Shown here: positions 1 to 7,104 of the stretch, piece after piece
Layout: every line of letters begins with the position of its first letter
How positions within the stretch are numbered: the first letter of the stretch is position 1
Origin: Thermoproteaceae archaeon
GTDB taxonomy: Archaea; Thermoproteota; Thermoprotei; Thermoproteales; Thermoproteaceae
DNA: 14,243 nt
Assembly: GCA_020833025.1 (NCBI GenBank)
Contig: JAJHRB010000042.1
Location: 1 to 14,243, forward strand
Reading direction: 5' to 3'
Notes under the pieces: model-generated
Told to the model about the DNA's origin: nothing
The model's input: only the letters and a program-made list of their open reading frames with translations
Databases searched by the model: none
Translations under genes and position numbers: made by a program

Positions 1-2
1 CC

Positions 3-371
3 AACCGCACGGAGGGCCGGGCGGTGGCTCTAGCGCGCAAATTCTCCGAGAGGTTTGGGTGCGAGGTGAGGGCGGTGCCGTGGGGCGCTCGCGTGAGGGC
101 AGCTGTTGTGATAAACGCCACGCCCGTGCACGATGCAGTTATAGCAGACCTGAGCGGCGCCTCGCTATACATCGACCTTGTTTACGCGCCGTCGCCGAGG
201 ACCAGAATGGTGGAGGAGGCCGGTAGGCTCGGGATCAAGGTCATTGACGGGGTTGACGTGCTGGTTGAGCAGGGAGCGCTGGCAGAGAGAGTGTGGCTCG
301 GCGTTGAGCCCGACAGGGAAGTCATGAGGGAGGCTGTGCTCAAGTTCTTAAGGGCGCAGGGGGCCCTATGA
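3..371 (+). CDS. aroE: Shikimate dehydrogenase, C-terminal part (5' end lies outside the window)
   Basis: The frame is open from position 3: [35 protein letters not shown]. These match the AroE NRT, NATP, DxxY and DGxxML/QGA motifs. Its stop overlaps the aroC start (ATGA, 368-371). Confidence 0.93.
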   Translation, partial: NRTEGRAVALARKFSERFGCEVRAVPWGARVRAAVVINATPVHDAVIADLSGASLYIDLVYAPSPRTRMVEEAGRLGIKVIDGVDVLVEQGALAERVWLGVEPDREVMREAVLKFLRAQGAL

Positions 372-1477
372 ACACATTCGGCAGGGAGTTCCGCGTGACG
401 ACATTCGGCGAGTCTCACGGCAGGGCCGTCGGGGCCGTCATTGACGGGGTTCCCGCGGGGCTCGAGCTCACGGAGGAGGACATAAGGCGCGAGCTGAACA
501 GGAGAATGTTCTGCCACATACCTGCGCTGAATCCCCGCTGCGAGCCCGAGGATTTTGAGATTCTCTCGGGAGTCAAGGAGCAGCGCACCCAGGGCACCCC
601 CATAGCAATTGTGATATGGAATAGGAGGGCCGACTCCAGTTACTACAACGAGCTGTGGATGAAGCCGAGGCCTGGGCACGCCGATCTTGCGTACTACCTC
701 AAGTACGGCAAGTTTTACGACCACAGAGGCGGCGGGAGGGCCTCGGGGAGGGCGACGGCAGCTATAGTGGCCGCCGGCGCGGTGGCAAAGAAGGTGCTGG
801 CGCTTCTCGGGATCGAGATAGCCGGCCACATAGTTGAGCTCGGCGGCGTGGAGATAGGCGCGGGCTACACGTTCGAGGACGTGAAGAGGTGCTGGGACAA
901 GCCGCTGCCGGTCGTGGACGGCGCCGCGCTGGAGAGGATGCTAGAGCGCGTGAGGCAGGCGGCAGAGGAGGGAGACAGCATAGGCGGCGGCGTCGAGGTG
1001 TGGGCGGCTGGCGTGCCGCCGGGGCTGGGCGAGCCTCACTTCGGCAAGATAAAGGGCGATATTGCAGCGGCAGCATTCTCCATACCCGGCGTGGTGGCAA
1101 TGGAGTGGGGAGCGGGGAGGGCCCTCGCGAGGATGAGGGGGAGCGAGGCCAATGACCCCATAGTCGTGAGGGACGGGAGGCCCGCGCTCGCGACGAATAA
1201 GGCAGGCGGAGTCCTCGGCGGAATTACCGTGGGGGAGCCGATATACTTCAGGGTGTGGTTCAAGCCAACGCCGTCTGTAAGGAAGCCGCAACAGACAGTT
1301 GACCTATCGAGAATGGAGCCTGCCGTAATTCAGTTCCGGGGGAGGTATGATGTGACAATAGTCCCCAAGGCGCTAGTTGCGCTTGAGGCGATCACAGCAA
1401 TAACGCTCGCCGATCATGTGCTGCGCGCCGGGCTTATAAGGAGGGACAGGCCGCTGAGACCGGCCGAGTCGCGCTGA
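368..1477 (+). CDS. aroC: Chorismate synthase
   Basis: 369 aa with [39 protein letters not shown] and GRYD motifs; ATGA-coupled to aroE. Confidence 0.98.
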   Translation: MNTFGREFRVTTFGESHGRAVGAVIDGVPAGLELTEEDIRRELNRRMFCHIPALNPRCEPEDFEILSGVKEQRTQGTPIAIVIWNRRADSSYYNELWMKPRPGHADLAYYLKYGKFYDHRGGGRASGRATAAIVAAGAVAKKVLALLGIEIAGHIVELGGVEIGAGYTFEDVKRCWDKPLPVVDGAALERMLERVRQAAEEGDSIGGGVEVWAAGVPPGLGEPHFGKIKGDIAAAAFSIPGVVAMEWGAGRALARMRGSEANDPIVVRDGRPALATNKAGGVLGGITVGEPIYFRVWFKPTPSVRKPQQTVDLSRMEPAVIQFRGRYDVTIVPKALVALEAITAITLADHVLRAGLIRRDRPLRPAESR

Positions 1478-1497
1478 GCAGCTCGGGGCGTTAATGC

Positions 1498-1812
1498 TCA
1501 GAGTACGCGCCGTGCGCGCCCGAGCGCCTCCAGCAGGCACCTGACAGTCTCGCGCACCCCCTCCTCGCGCAGCTTCTCTAGATCCTCGAGCGCTATGTGG
1601 GGGTATCCGCCGACCCAGATGTACCTGTGCACGAAAGTGGGGTCCTCCAGCGTCCACACGCACTCGGCGCTCCCGACCGCGCGTGCGTCATCAATGTGTA
1701 CGACCACGTCGCACTCGCAGGGAGCGGGGCACCCGAGCGCCCGCGCGAGAGGGGAGGGGCCCGTCAAGGCTGGCACGCCGAGCTCGTATAGCCGCCAGTA
1801 GAGCTCGCACAC
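1498..1812 (-). CDS. Hypothetical Cys-rich protein (104 aa), possibly a degenerate nucleotidyltransferase-like fold
   Basis: GTG start 5 nt downstream of the beta-CASP stop on the same strand, with protein-like composition; fills the space up to aroC. The fold suggestion is by-eye only. Confidence 0.78.
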   Translation of the reverse strand: MCELYWRLYELGVPALTGPSPLARALGCPAPCECDVVVHIDDARAVGSAECVWTLEDPTFVHRYIWVGGYPHIALEDLEKLREEGVRETVRCLLEALGRARRVL

Positions 1813-1817
1813 GGACT

Positions 1818-3098
1818 CTACAGCTCGACAGTCTCGCCCGGCGCGGCGGGCACGCGAATATTGTCAAAGCCCTCTCTAGCCAGCCGTCTGACCAGCGACG
1901 CAGCCGCGAGCGCGTCCGTGTGCACGAGTACCACCGTGACGTCGGGGGGGAACCTCCTGGCGAGCTCCTCGAGCTCGCGCCTGCCGGCATGAGCGCTGAA
2001 ATCGAACCACTCTAGCCTCGCCTCAACTCTCACCAGGGCGCCGTCTATCACGGCATAGCCCTTGCTCAAGATCTCGAAGCCCGGCGTGTTGGGCGCCTGG
2101 AATGAGGGCAGGAAGATCCCGTTCTTCTTGTTCTGCGCTAGCTTCTTGAAGTAGTATAGTGCTGTCCCGCCCTTCAGCATGCCGGCAGGCGCGATAATCA
2201 CGCACGGCTCGTCTAGGGCGCCCTTCCTGACATACATGTTAGGCACCTCTATTGACGCGTCCAGTGCCTTCCTGTAAAGTGACGGGTCTCGCAACAGATA
2301 CGAGTACCTCCCGATAATTTGATTTATCTGTCTCGCAAGCCCGTCGACATATATTGGGTACTTGTCCATCCCGTGCTTCACCAGAGTCAAGAGGACTTCC
2401 TGGGCCCTGCCGAGAGCAAAGGCTGGCACGAGCACGATCCCGCCGCGCTCCAGAACCTCCAGCACGGCCTCGACAAACTCCGCTTCAACCTTCTCGCGCG
2501 GTGGGTGCTCGGCGTTGGCGTAAGTAGCCTCCATGATCACGACATCAGGGTCTCCCGGCAGGCTTTGCACATCGGCGCCGCGGAGCAGGTTTGTGTCCCT
2601 CGTGTTGAAATCGCCGGTGAACAGGATCACGGCACCCTCCATCTCAATCACGGCCATCGCGCTGCCGGGCACGTGCCCGGCGTTGTGTACTGCCAGCGTG
2701 ACGTCCCTGCTCACCTCCACGCGCTCGCCGTACATAACCGGGACCGCGCTTGACATTAGGCGCTCGACCTCCTCGTACGTGTAGGGCAGGTAGTACCCGG
2801 AGAGTTTCAGCGCGTCGACGTACATCACGTCGCTCAGCTCCATTGTGAGCGGGGTGGCGTAAACGGGCACTGACGCTGACACGTAAAGCGCGGGGAGCGC
2901 GCCGCAGTGATCCAGGTGCGCGTGGCTCAAGAACGCGGCGGTGATGTCCCTGGGGCGCACGTGCAGAGGTAGCACTGGCTTGCCGTCCGCATCGAACGAG
3001 ATGCCGTAGTCGAGCAGCAGTACGTTGCGCTCCGCTTTCATGAGCACGGCGAGCCTCCCGACCTCGCCGGCGCCGCCGAGGAACCTTATCTGCACCAC
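1818..3098 (-). CDS. Metallo-beta-lactamase / beta-CASP ribonuclease without KH domains (aCPSF2-like)
   Basis: 426 aa with LLDYG, SHAHLDHCG (HxHxDH), AGHVPG, TGDFN, MEATY, FSAH and LVH motifs. There is no N-terminal KH region, so it is not aCPSF1/FttA. Confidence 0.93.
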   Translation of the reverse strand: MVQIRFLGGAGEVGRLAVLMKAERNVLLLDYGISFDADGKPVLPLHVRPRDITAAFLSHAHLDHCGALPALYVSASVPVYATPLTMELSDVMYVDALKLSGYYLPYTYEEVERLMSSAVPVMYGERVEVSRDVTLAVHNAGHVPGSAMAVIEMEGAVILFTGDFNTRDTNLLRGADVQSLPGDPDVVIMEATYANAEHPPREKVEAEFVEAVLEVLERGGIVLVPAFALGRAQEVLLTLVKHGMDKYPIYVDGLARQINQIIGRYSYLLRDPSLYRKALDASIEVPNMYVRKGALDEPCVIIAPAGMLKGGTALYYFKKLAQNKKNGIFLPSFQAPNTPGFEILSKGYAVIDGALVRVEARLEWFDFSAHAGRRELEELARRFPPDVTVVLVHTDALAAASLVRRLAREGFDNIRVPAAPGETVEL

Positions 3099-3123
3099 CC
3101 CTGCGCGGCTTGCGCGGCGCGGC

Positions 3124-3132
3124 TTTTAAAAA
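3124..3132 (-). promoter_or_regulatory. TATA box of the beta-CASP gene
   Basis: TTTTTAAAA on the minus strand, an AT island in GC-rich DNA 26-34 nt upstream of the GTG at 3098. Confidence 0.7.
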
Positions 3133-3220
3133 CCCTCCCCGCGCCTCCTGACCGGCAGGCGCGGCGGCGCGCAACGAGCACCGGGGCGCTCGCTGACGCC
3201 CGGGCCTCGCGGGCCAAACT

Positions 3221-3228
3221 CTTAAAAC
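3221..3228 (+). promoter_or_regulatory. TATA box of the 53-aa small ORF
   Basis: CTTAAAAC preceded by CCAAA, 25 nt upstream of the GTG at 3246. Confidence 0.55.
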
Positions 3229-3245
3229 TGCGCGGGGGAGAGCCT

Positions 3246-3407
3246 GTGCCCGGCGAGAGCGTTGAAGTGCTCGCCGACGAGCTGATCGAGATGTACCGGC
3301 AAATGCTTGACGAGCTCAACAGGGTCAATAGCGCTGTGCTGGAGAGACTCACGAAGACGCGCGGTCATTTGCCTGGAGCTGGCAGCTCTAGCACTTCGCG
3401 CGGCTAG
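3246..3407 (+). CDS. Small hypothetical helical protein (53 aa), absent from the supplied ORF track
   Basis: Manual translation gives [53 protein letters not shown]. It has an amphipathic acidic helix, coding-like codons (GAG/CTC/GAC), its own TATA box, and ends just before the rpl24 promoter. Confidence 0.62.
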   Translation: MPGESVEVLADELIEMYRQMLDELNRVNSAVLERLTKTRGHLPGAGSSSTSRG

Positions 3408-3422
3408 CTCACGACAGCAGCA

Positions 3423-3430
3423 TTTTTAAT
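3423..3430 (+). promoter_or_regulatory. TATA box of rpl24 (the T5 run may also terminate the upstream small ORF)
   Basis: TTTTTAAT, 26 nt upstream of the GTG at 3449. Confidence 0.65.
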
Positions 3431-3448
3431 GCCGGCGCGGTCCCGCCC

Positions 3449-3850
3449 GTGCCGCAGACCTCGTCATCGCAGCCCAGGAGGCAGAGGCGGGCGCTGTATA
3501 ACATGCCGCTGCACTTAAGGCACAGACTGCTCAACGCCCGGCTGTCCCCCGAGCTGCAGAAAAAGTTGTGCGTTAAGAGGCTGCCCGTCAGGCGCGGCGA
3601 TGCCGTGATGATAATAAGAGGCGACTTCAAGGGCATGACGGGCAAGGTCATCAGAGTTGACTTGAAACGCGTCAGAATTTACGTCGATGGCGTGACTGTG
3701 AGGAACAGCCGCGGTGAGACTGTGCACTACCCAATACACCCGTCGAAGGTCGTAATCACAAACCTGGACCTGTCTGACAGGGCCAGATGGAAAATTATAA
3801 AGAGGAGGAGGGCGGCGGGCTGCAAGCCGGAGATCGAGGGGCCGGGGTAG
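3449..3850 (+). CDS. rpl24: 50S ribosomal protein L24 (uL24, archaeal/L26e type)
   Basis: [44 protein letters not shown] (KOW motif) ..[14 protein letters not shown]. Confidence 0.96.
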   Translation: MPQTSSSQPRRQRRALYNMPLHLRHRLLNARLSPELQKKLCVKRLPVRRGDAVMIIRGDFKGMTGKVIRVDLKRVRIYVDGVTVRNSRGETVHYPIHPSKVVITNLDLSDRARWKIIKRRRAAGCKPEIEGPG

Positions 3851-3895
3851 GGAGCAGGAGGGGCGCGCAGTAATCTCAGAGAGCCGAGCGGCGGC

Positions 3896-3941
3896 GCACA
3901 ATTTATGGCTTCTGCCGCGCGGCAGAAGCCATAAATTGTGC
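3896..3941. repeat. Perfect 46-bp palindrome (23-bp arms, no spacer)
   Basis: GCACAATTTATGGCTTCTGCCGC|GCGGCAGAAGCCATAAATTGTGC. All 23 pairs were checked base by base; symmetry breaks at 3895/3942. Confidence 0.99.
3931..3936 (+). promoter_or_regulatory. Probable TATA box of rps4e, inside the palindrome
   Basis: ATAAAT, 27 nt upstream of the ATG at 3958, the same spacing as other promoters in the window. Confidence 0.55.
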
Positions 3942-3957
3942 ATGTACCACCCCGCCC

Positions 3958-4671
3958 ATGCACTTGCGGCGCTCAGCGGCGCCATACTGGTGGCCAGTGC
4001 CGCGCAAGGCGGGTGGAGTGTGGAGCGTCAGGCCGTCGCCAGGCCCCCACAGCCTCAACTACTCCCTCCCGCTTGCCGTAATCATAAGGGACATGTTGAG
4101 GTACGCGAAGACGCTGCGCGAGGCGCGGTACATCATATCGCGCGGCCACGTAAAGGTCGACGGCGTGGTGCGAAGGGATTACAAGTTCCCCGTCGGCCTG
4201 ATGGATGTCGTAGAGATAGAGCCCACGGGAGAGGTCTACCGCGTGGTGCCCGACGAGAGGAAGTTTTATGCTCTGCTGCCGATACCGTCTCAAGAGGCGC
4301 ACCTGAAAATGCTAAGAGTCGAGGGCAAGACGGCAGTGAGGGGCGGCAGGCTGCAGCTGCACTTCCACGATGGCAGGAATTTAGTAGCGCCGCCGGATGC
4401 CGGCCGCCACTTCAAGACCTTCGACGGGGTACTCTACGACTTGAAGGGCAAGACAGTGAGGGCGCACGTGCCGCTGAAGCTCGGCGTGTACGCGGTGGTT
4501 GTTCGCGGCAGCAACGTCGGCTTTTCGGGCCAGCTGTGCGAGATTACATGGGCCCTCAAGCGGGCACAGTCAATGGTCGCATTAAAGCGCGGCGAGGAGG
4601 TCAGGCGGACTGTCCTGAATTATGTAATGCCTGTAGGCTTCGACGCGCCACTCATAAAAATCTCGCCGTGA
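3958..4671 (+). CDS. rps4e: 30S ribosomal protein S4e (eS4)
   Basis: HLRRSAAPYWWP..PSPGPH..SLPL.VIIRDML.YAKTLREARYII..VKVDGVVRRDYKFPVGLMDV..GKTAVRGGRLQLHFHDGRN. Confidence 0.97.
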   Translation: MHLRRSAAPYWWPVPRKAGGVWSVRPSPGPHSLNYSLPLAVIIRDMLRYAKTLREARYIISRGHVKVDGVVRRDYKFPVGLMDVVEIEPTGEVYRVVPDERKFYALLPIPSQEAHLKMLRVEGKTAVRGGRLQLHFHDGRNLVAPPDAGRHFKTFDGVLYDLKGKTVRAHVPLKLGVYAVVVRGSNVGFSGQLCEITWALKRAQSMVALKRGEEVRRTVLNYVMPVGFDAPLIKISP

Positions 4672-4680
4672 CTTGCACTT

Positions 4681-4696
4681 GCGGGCGCTTGCCCGC
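4681..4696. terminator. GC hairpin between convergent genes (putative 3'-end element)
   Basis: GCGGGC-GCTT-GCCCGC fills most of the 25-nt gap between two convergent stop codons. The function is inferred. Confidence 0.35.
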
Positions 4697-5110
4697 TTAC
4701 CTCTCCTCGTAGGCCTCGCTCATCTTCCTCGCGAGAATTCTCTCCTCGGCACTCCAGAACACATTTCCGTAGTAGTCTAGGGACCTGCCTATATCCTCTA
4801 CGCTCAGCGCTATGGGCTCGTACACCTTAATGGCGTCTCCCTCTATTACCCATCCCTCTATCACGCCGCCTGCCGCCCAGTCGTACTTTGCCGTTATCGC
4901 GTACCGTCTGTCGAGCGAGGGGGCCAGCACTCTGATGTACACGGTCGCCACGCCGTACTCCATGAAGAACTTGAAGACAACGTCCCTGTATCTCTCGCCG
5001 GCCCTCGGCGCCGGCACTCTCTCGACGTGAGAGAGGTCGTTGCGCCTTAAGTCGCTCTCCAGCTGTCTCAGTAGCTCCACAACTGTCATGCCGGTTCTCA
5101 CTATTCGCAC
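4697..5110 (-). CDS. Hypothetical protein (137 aa)
   Basis: Non-overlapping ORF with typical codon use and TAAAAAAT 25 nt upstream of the GTG; ATG 5089 is an alternative start. No motif recognised. Confidence 0.8.
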   Translation of the reverse strand: MRIVRTGMTVVELLRQLESDLRRNDLSHVERVPAPRAGERYRDVVFKFFMEYGVATVYIRVLAPSLDRRYAITAKYDWAAGGVIEGWVIEGDAIKVYEPIALSVEDIGRSLDYYGNVFWSAEERILARKMSEAYEER

Positions 5111-5208
5111 GCTGTGGCCGGGCCCGGATTTTTTAGTTGTGGGGCGCCTCTCTCGCCATCCCGACGGCCTATGCCCTTGACATCTTCAGGCGGCGCAAAG
5201 GCGGCTTG

Positions 5209-5215
5209 TTATATA
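5209..5215 (+). promoter_or_regulatory. TATA box of the PfkB kinase gene
   Basis: TTATATA, 26 nt upstream of the GTG at 5235. Confidence 0.7.
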
Positions 5216-5234
5216 GCCGCGTGCAGCACGCCGC

Positions 5235-6041
5235 GTGGAGGTAGTTATCGCCGGCAATCCGACAGTAGACATCGTGATAACGCGCAGCGGGACGGCGCGT
5301 AGGCTCGGCGGGCCCGCGTACTACATCTCGCTAGCGCTCGGCGCGCTGGGCGCCCGGGCGAGAGTTGTCGGCATTGCGTCGCCGGACGTGATCGCCGAGC
5401 TAAAGAGCGCGCTCGCCGGGCTGGGAGTCGAGCTGCGCCTCGATACAGCAGAGTGCACGACGACATTCGAGCTCGACTACAGAACGTCGCCGAGGCGCGT
5501 CAGGCTGCTGAGGAGACCGCCAAGGAGAGTTGAAATGGTTGAGGGCAGTGTGGTGATTCTCTCGCCCGTTTACGACGAGCTTGCAGGCGCCAGGGTGAGG
5601 GCCGAGAGAGTGGCAGCGGACTTGCAAGGGTACATACGGGCGCGCGTCCCGTTCCCACGCGCCGACCTCGTGCACCTATCGCACGATGATTTAAGCCTCA
5701 GCGAGAGGGAGATTCTGGAGCTCGCGGAGAATTGGCGCTCTCTTGTCTACACCCTCGGCGAGGGCGGGGCCTACGTTGCCGCCGGCGGGCGGCTCTACTA
5801 TATAAACAGCGCGAGACTCGAGGTGGAGGACGCGACAGGCGGCGGCGACGTCTTTCTGGCGGTCCTTGCGTACCTGCATCTAGTGCAGGGCGTCGACCTG
5901 CTGCAGTCTGCATGCGAGGCGAGCAAGTACGCCGCCGGCTTTCTGGCGGCGAGAGCCGTGGCTAGGTACGAGTACGAGTGCCGGGCCGTGCGAGTTGCGC
6001 GCCCCTCCAGTCCCGGCCCCCGGCTGGCTGAAGCGCTCTAG
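5235..6041 (+). CDS. PfkB/ribokinase-family carbohydrate kinase
   Basis: N-terminal GNPTVDIV..GGPAYY substrate motif and C-terminal DATGGGDVF anion-hole motif. The substrate cannot be assigned. Confidence 0.9.
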   Translation: MEVVIAGNPTVDIVITRSGTARRLGGPAYYISLALGALGARARVVGIASPDVIAELKSALAGLGVELRLDTAECTTTFELDYRTSPRRVRLLRRPPRRVEMVEGSVVILSPVYDELAGARVRAERVAADLQGYIRARVPFPRADLVHLSHDDLSLSEREILELAENWRSLVYTLGEGGAYVAAGGRLYYINSARLEVEDATGGGDVFLAVLAYLHLVQGVDLLQSACEASKYAAGFLAARAVARYEYECRAVRVARPSSPGPRLAEAL

Positions 6042-6055
6042 CGCAATTTCAGGAG

Positions 6056-6087
6056 ACCGGGCGGCAGGCGCCGTGGGCACGCCCGGT
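6056..6087. terminator. GC stem between convergent genes (putative 3'-end element)
   Basis: ACCGGGCG (6056-6063) pairs with CGCCCGGT (6080-6087) around a 16-nt loop. The function is inferred. Confidence 0.35.
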
Positions 6088-7022
6088 TAGGCCAGCTCGT
6101 CGAGCGCGGCTATTCTGTTCAGTATGTCGGTCCTGGTGAGTATGCCCGTGAGCTTTCCCTCGGAGTTCACGACCAGCAAGCGCCCCAGTCTCTTGTGAAA
6201 CATCGCTTGAATCGCCTCGTAGACGCTCTCGTCCTCGTGAATTGTGGGGGGGTCTGCGACCATCACGTCTCTAACCCGCGCGTCGAGTCTGCACGACATG
6301 ACGCGCTCCAAGACCTTAGACGCGAGCAGAATGCCAACGGGTCTCGTCTGCTCGTCGACGACAGGTATTCCCCTGTATCTCTTTTCGATAAATACCTTGA
6401 TGTGCAGACTCACAGGATCGTTGGGCCTTGCCGTCACGGGATTCGGCGTCATGAGCTCCCTTACAAGTACCTTGGGAACGGAGACCGTCGACGTTATCTC
6501 GAGCAGGGTTTCTACGTCCGCCCTGATGACTCTGCCAATAAGCACTAGCCCGCTCGGCAGCGGGCCAATCCTCACCTTGCGGTTTACGTAGCCAGAGAGG
6601 TCCCCCACGACTCTCATAGACGCGTAGGGTCTCTCGGAAAGGAGCCCGACTAGCGTTATGTCGAGCGCGTACCCGATCACGTTGCCGAGGTAAGTTATGG
6701 GCACCGAGGATATCTGCCTGGACAGCAGGTCCAGCGCCCTGAGCGTCGGCACGTAGCCGCCGTGAGGCCCCGCCCTGCTGATCACAAGCCCCATCGACTT
6801 TAAAACAGAGAGCACGTTACGAACGTAGCCCTCGTGTATGTTAAGCGCGCTAGCTATATCTCTGGACTTGACGGGGAGCCTTTCTTTGTTGTAAAGCTCG
6901 ACGAGAGCTCTCAACACGCTGTGAATGGCGCCCGGCTCCCCGTGCGATGTCGCTGTTTGCTCCGGCAGCTCGCTATCAGCGTTCGGTCTCTCTCTCATCG
7001 CGTCGGCTGACCGTTTTCTCAT
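6087..7022 (-). CDS. Transcriptional regulator: HrcA-like winged HTH plus tandem CBS domains (COG2524-like), 311 aa
   Basis: RALVELY..PVKSRDIA..IHEGYVRNVLSVLKSMGLV.S..GPHGGYVPT (wHTH), followed by VRELMTPNPVT..RGIPVVD..GIL and VRDVM..GRLLVVN..KLTGILTRTDIL (CBS pair). The start was moved from 7181 to ATG 7022 because a TATA box lies at 7042-7051 and the extension would overlap serA. Confidence 0.88.
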   Translation of the reverse strand: MRKRSADAMRERPNADSELPEQTATSHGEPGAIHSVLRALVELYNKERLPVKSRDIASALNIHEGYVRNVLSVLKSMGLVISRAGPHGGYVPTLRALDLLSRQISSVPITYLGNVIGYALDITLVGLLSERPYASMRVVGDLSGYVNRKVRIGPLPSGLVLIGRVIRADVETLLEITSTVSVPKVLVRELMTPNPVTARPNDPVSLHIKVFIEKRYRGIPVVDEQTRPVGILLASKVLERVMSCRLDARVRDVMVADPPTIHEDESVYEAIQAMFHKRLGRLLVVNSEGKLTGILTRTDILNRIAALDELA

Positions 7023-7040
7023 CACGCACGGCTTACCGGC

Positions 7041-7083
7041 CTTTATATAAAGACTTTGAAAGAGCCTTAGAACCTTAAAAAAT
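7041..7083. promoter_or_regulatory. Divergent promoter region of the regulator and serA
   Basis: Palindromic CTTTATATAAAG (7041-7052) lies ~29 nt upstream of ATG 7022 on the minus strand. TTAAAAAA (7075-7082) lies ~30 nt upstream of the serA ATG at 7105. Confidence 0.7.
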
Positions 7084-7104
7084 GTTGCTGTCCCCCCCGT
7101 TTTA

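Noticed and set aside
727-762. AroC signature reading RASGRAT instead of RSSARET
   Set aside because: Plausible lineage variation; all other catalytic motifs are intact.
182-829. Long antisense or alternative-frame ORFs (182..829, 2319..2753, 2644..3174, 3515..3985, 3936..4712, 7227..7724, 7411..8112 and similar)
   Set aside because: They overlap confidently identified genes, are typical shadows of GC-rich coding DNA, and have no motifs.
3086-3352. 88-aa minus-strand ORF
   Set aside because: A Ser-rich antisense shadow of the better-supported 53-aa plus-strand ORF; it also crosses two promoters.
6524-6529. TGATGA box-C-like hexamers (6524 and about 9941)
   Set aside because: They lie inside coding regions, with no correctly spaced D'/D boxes.
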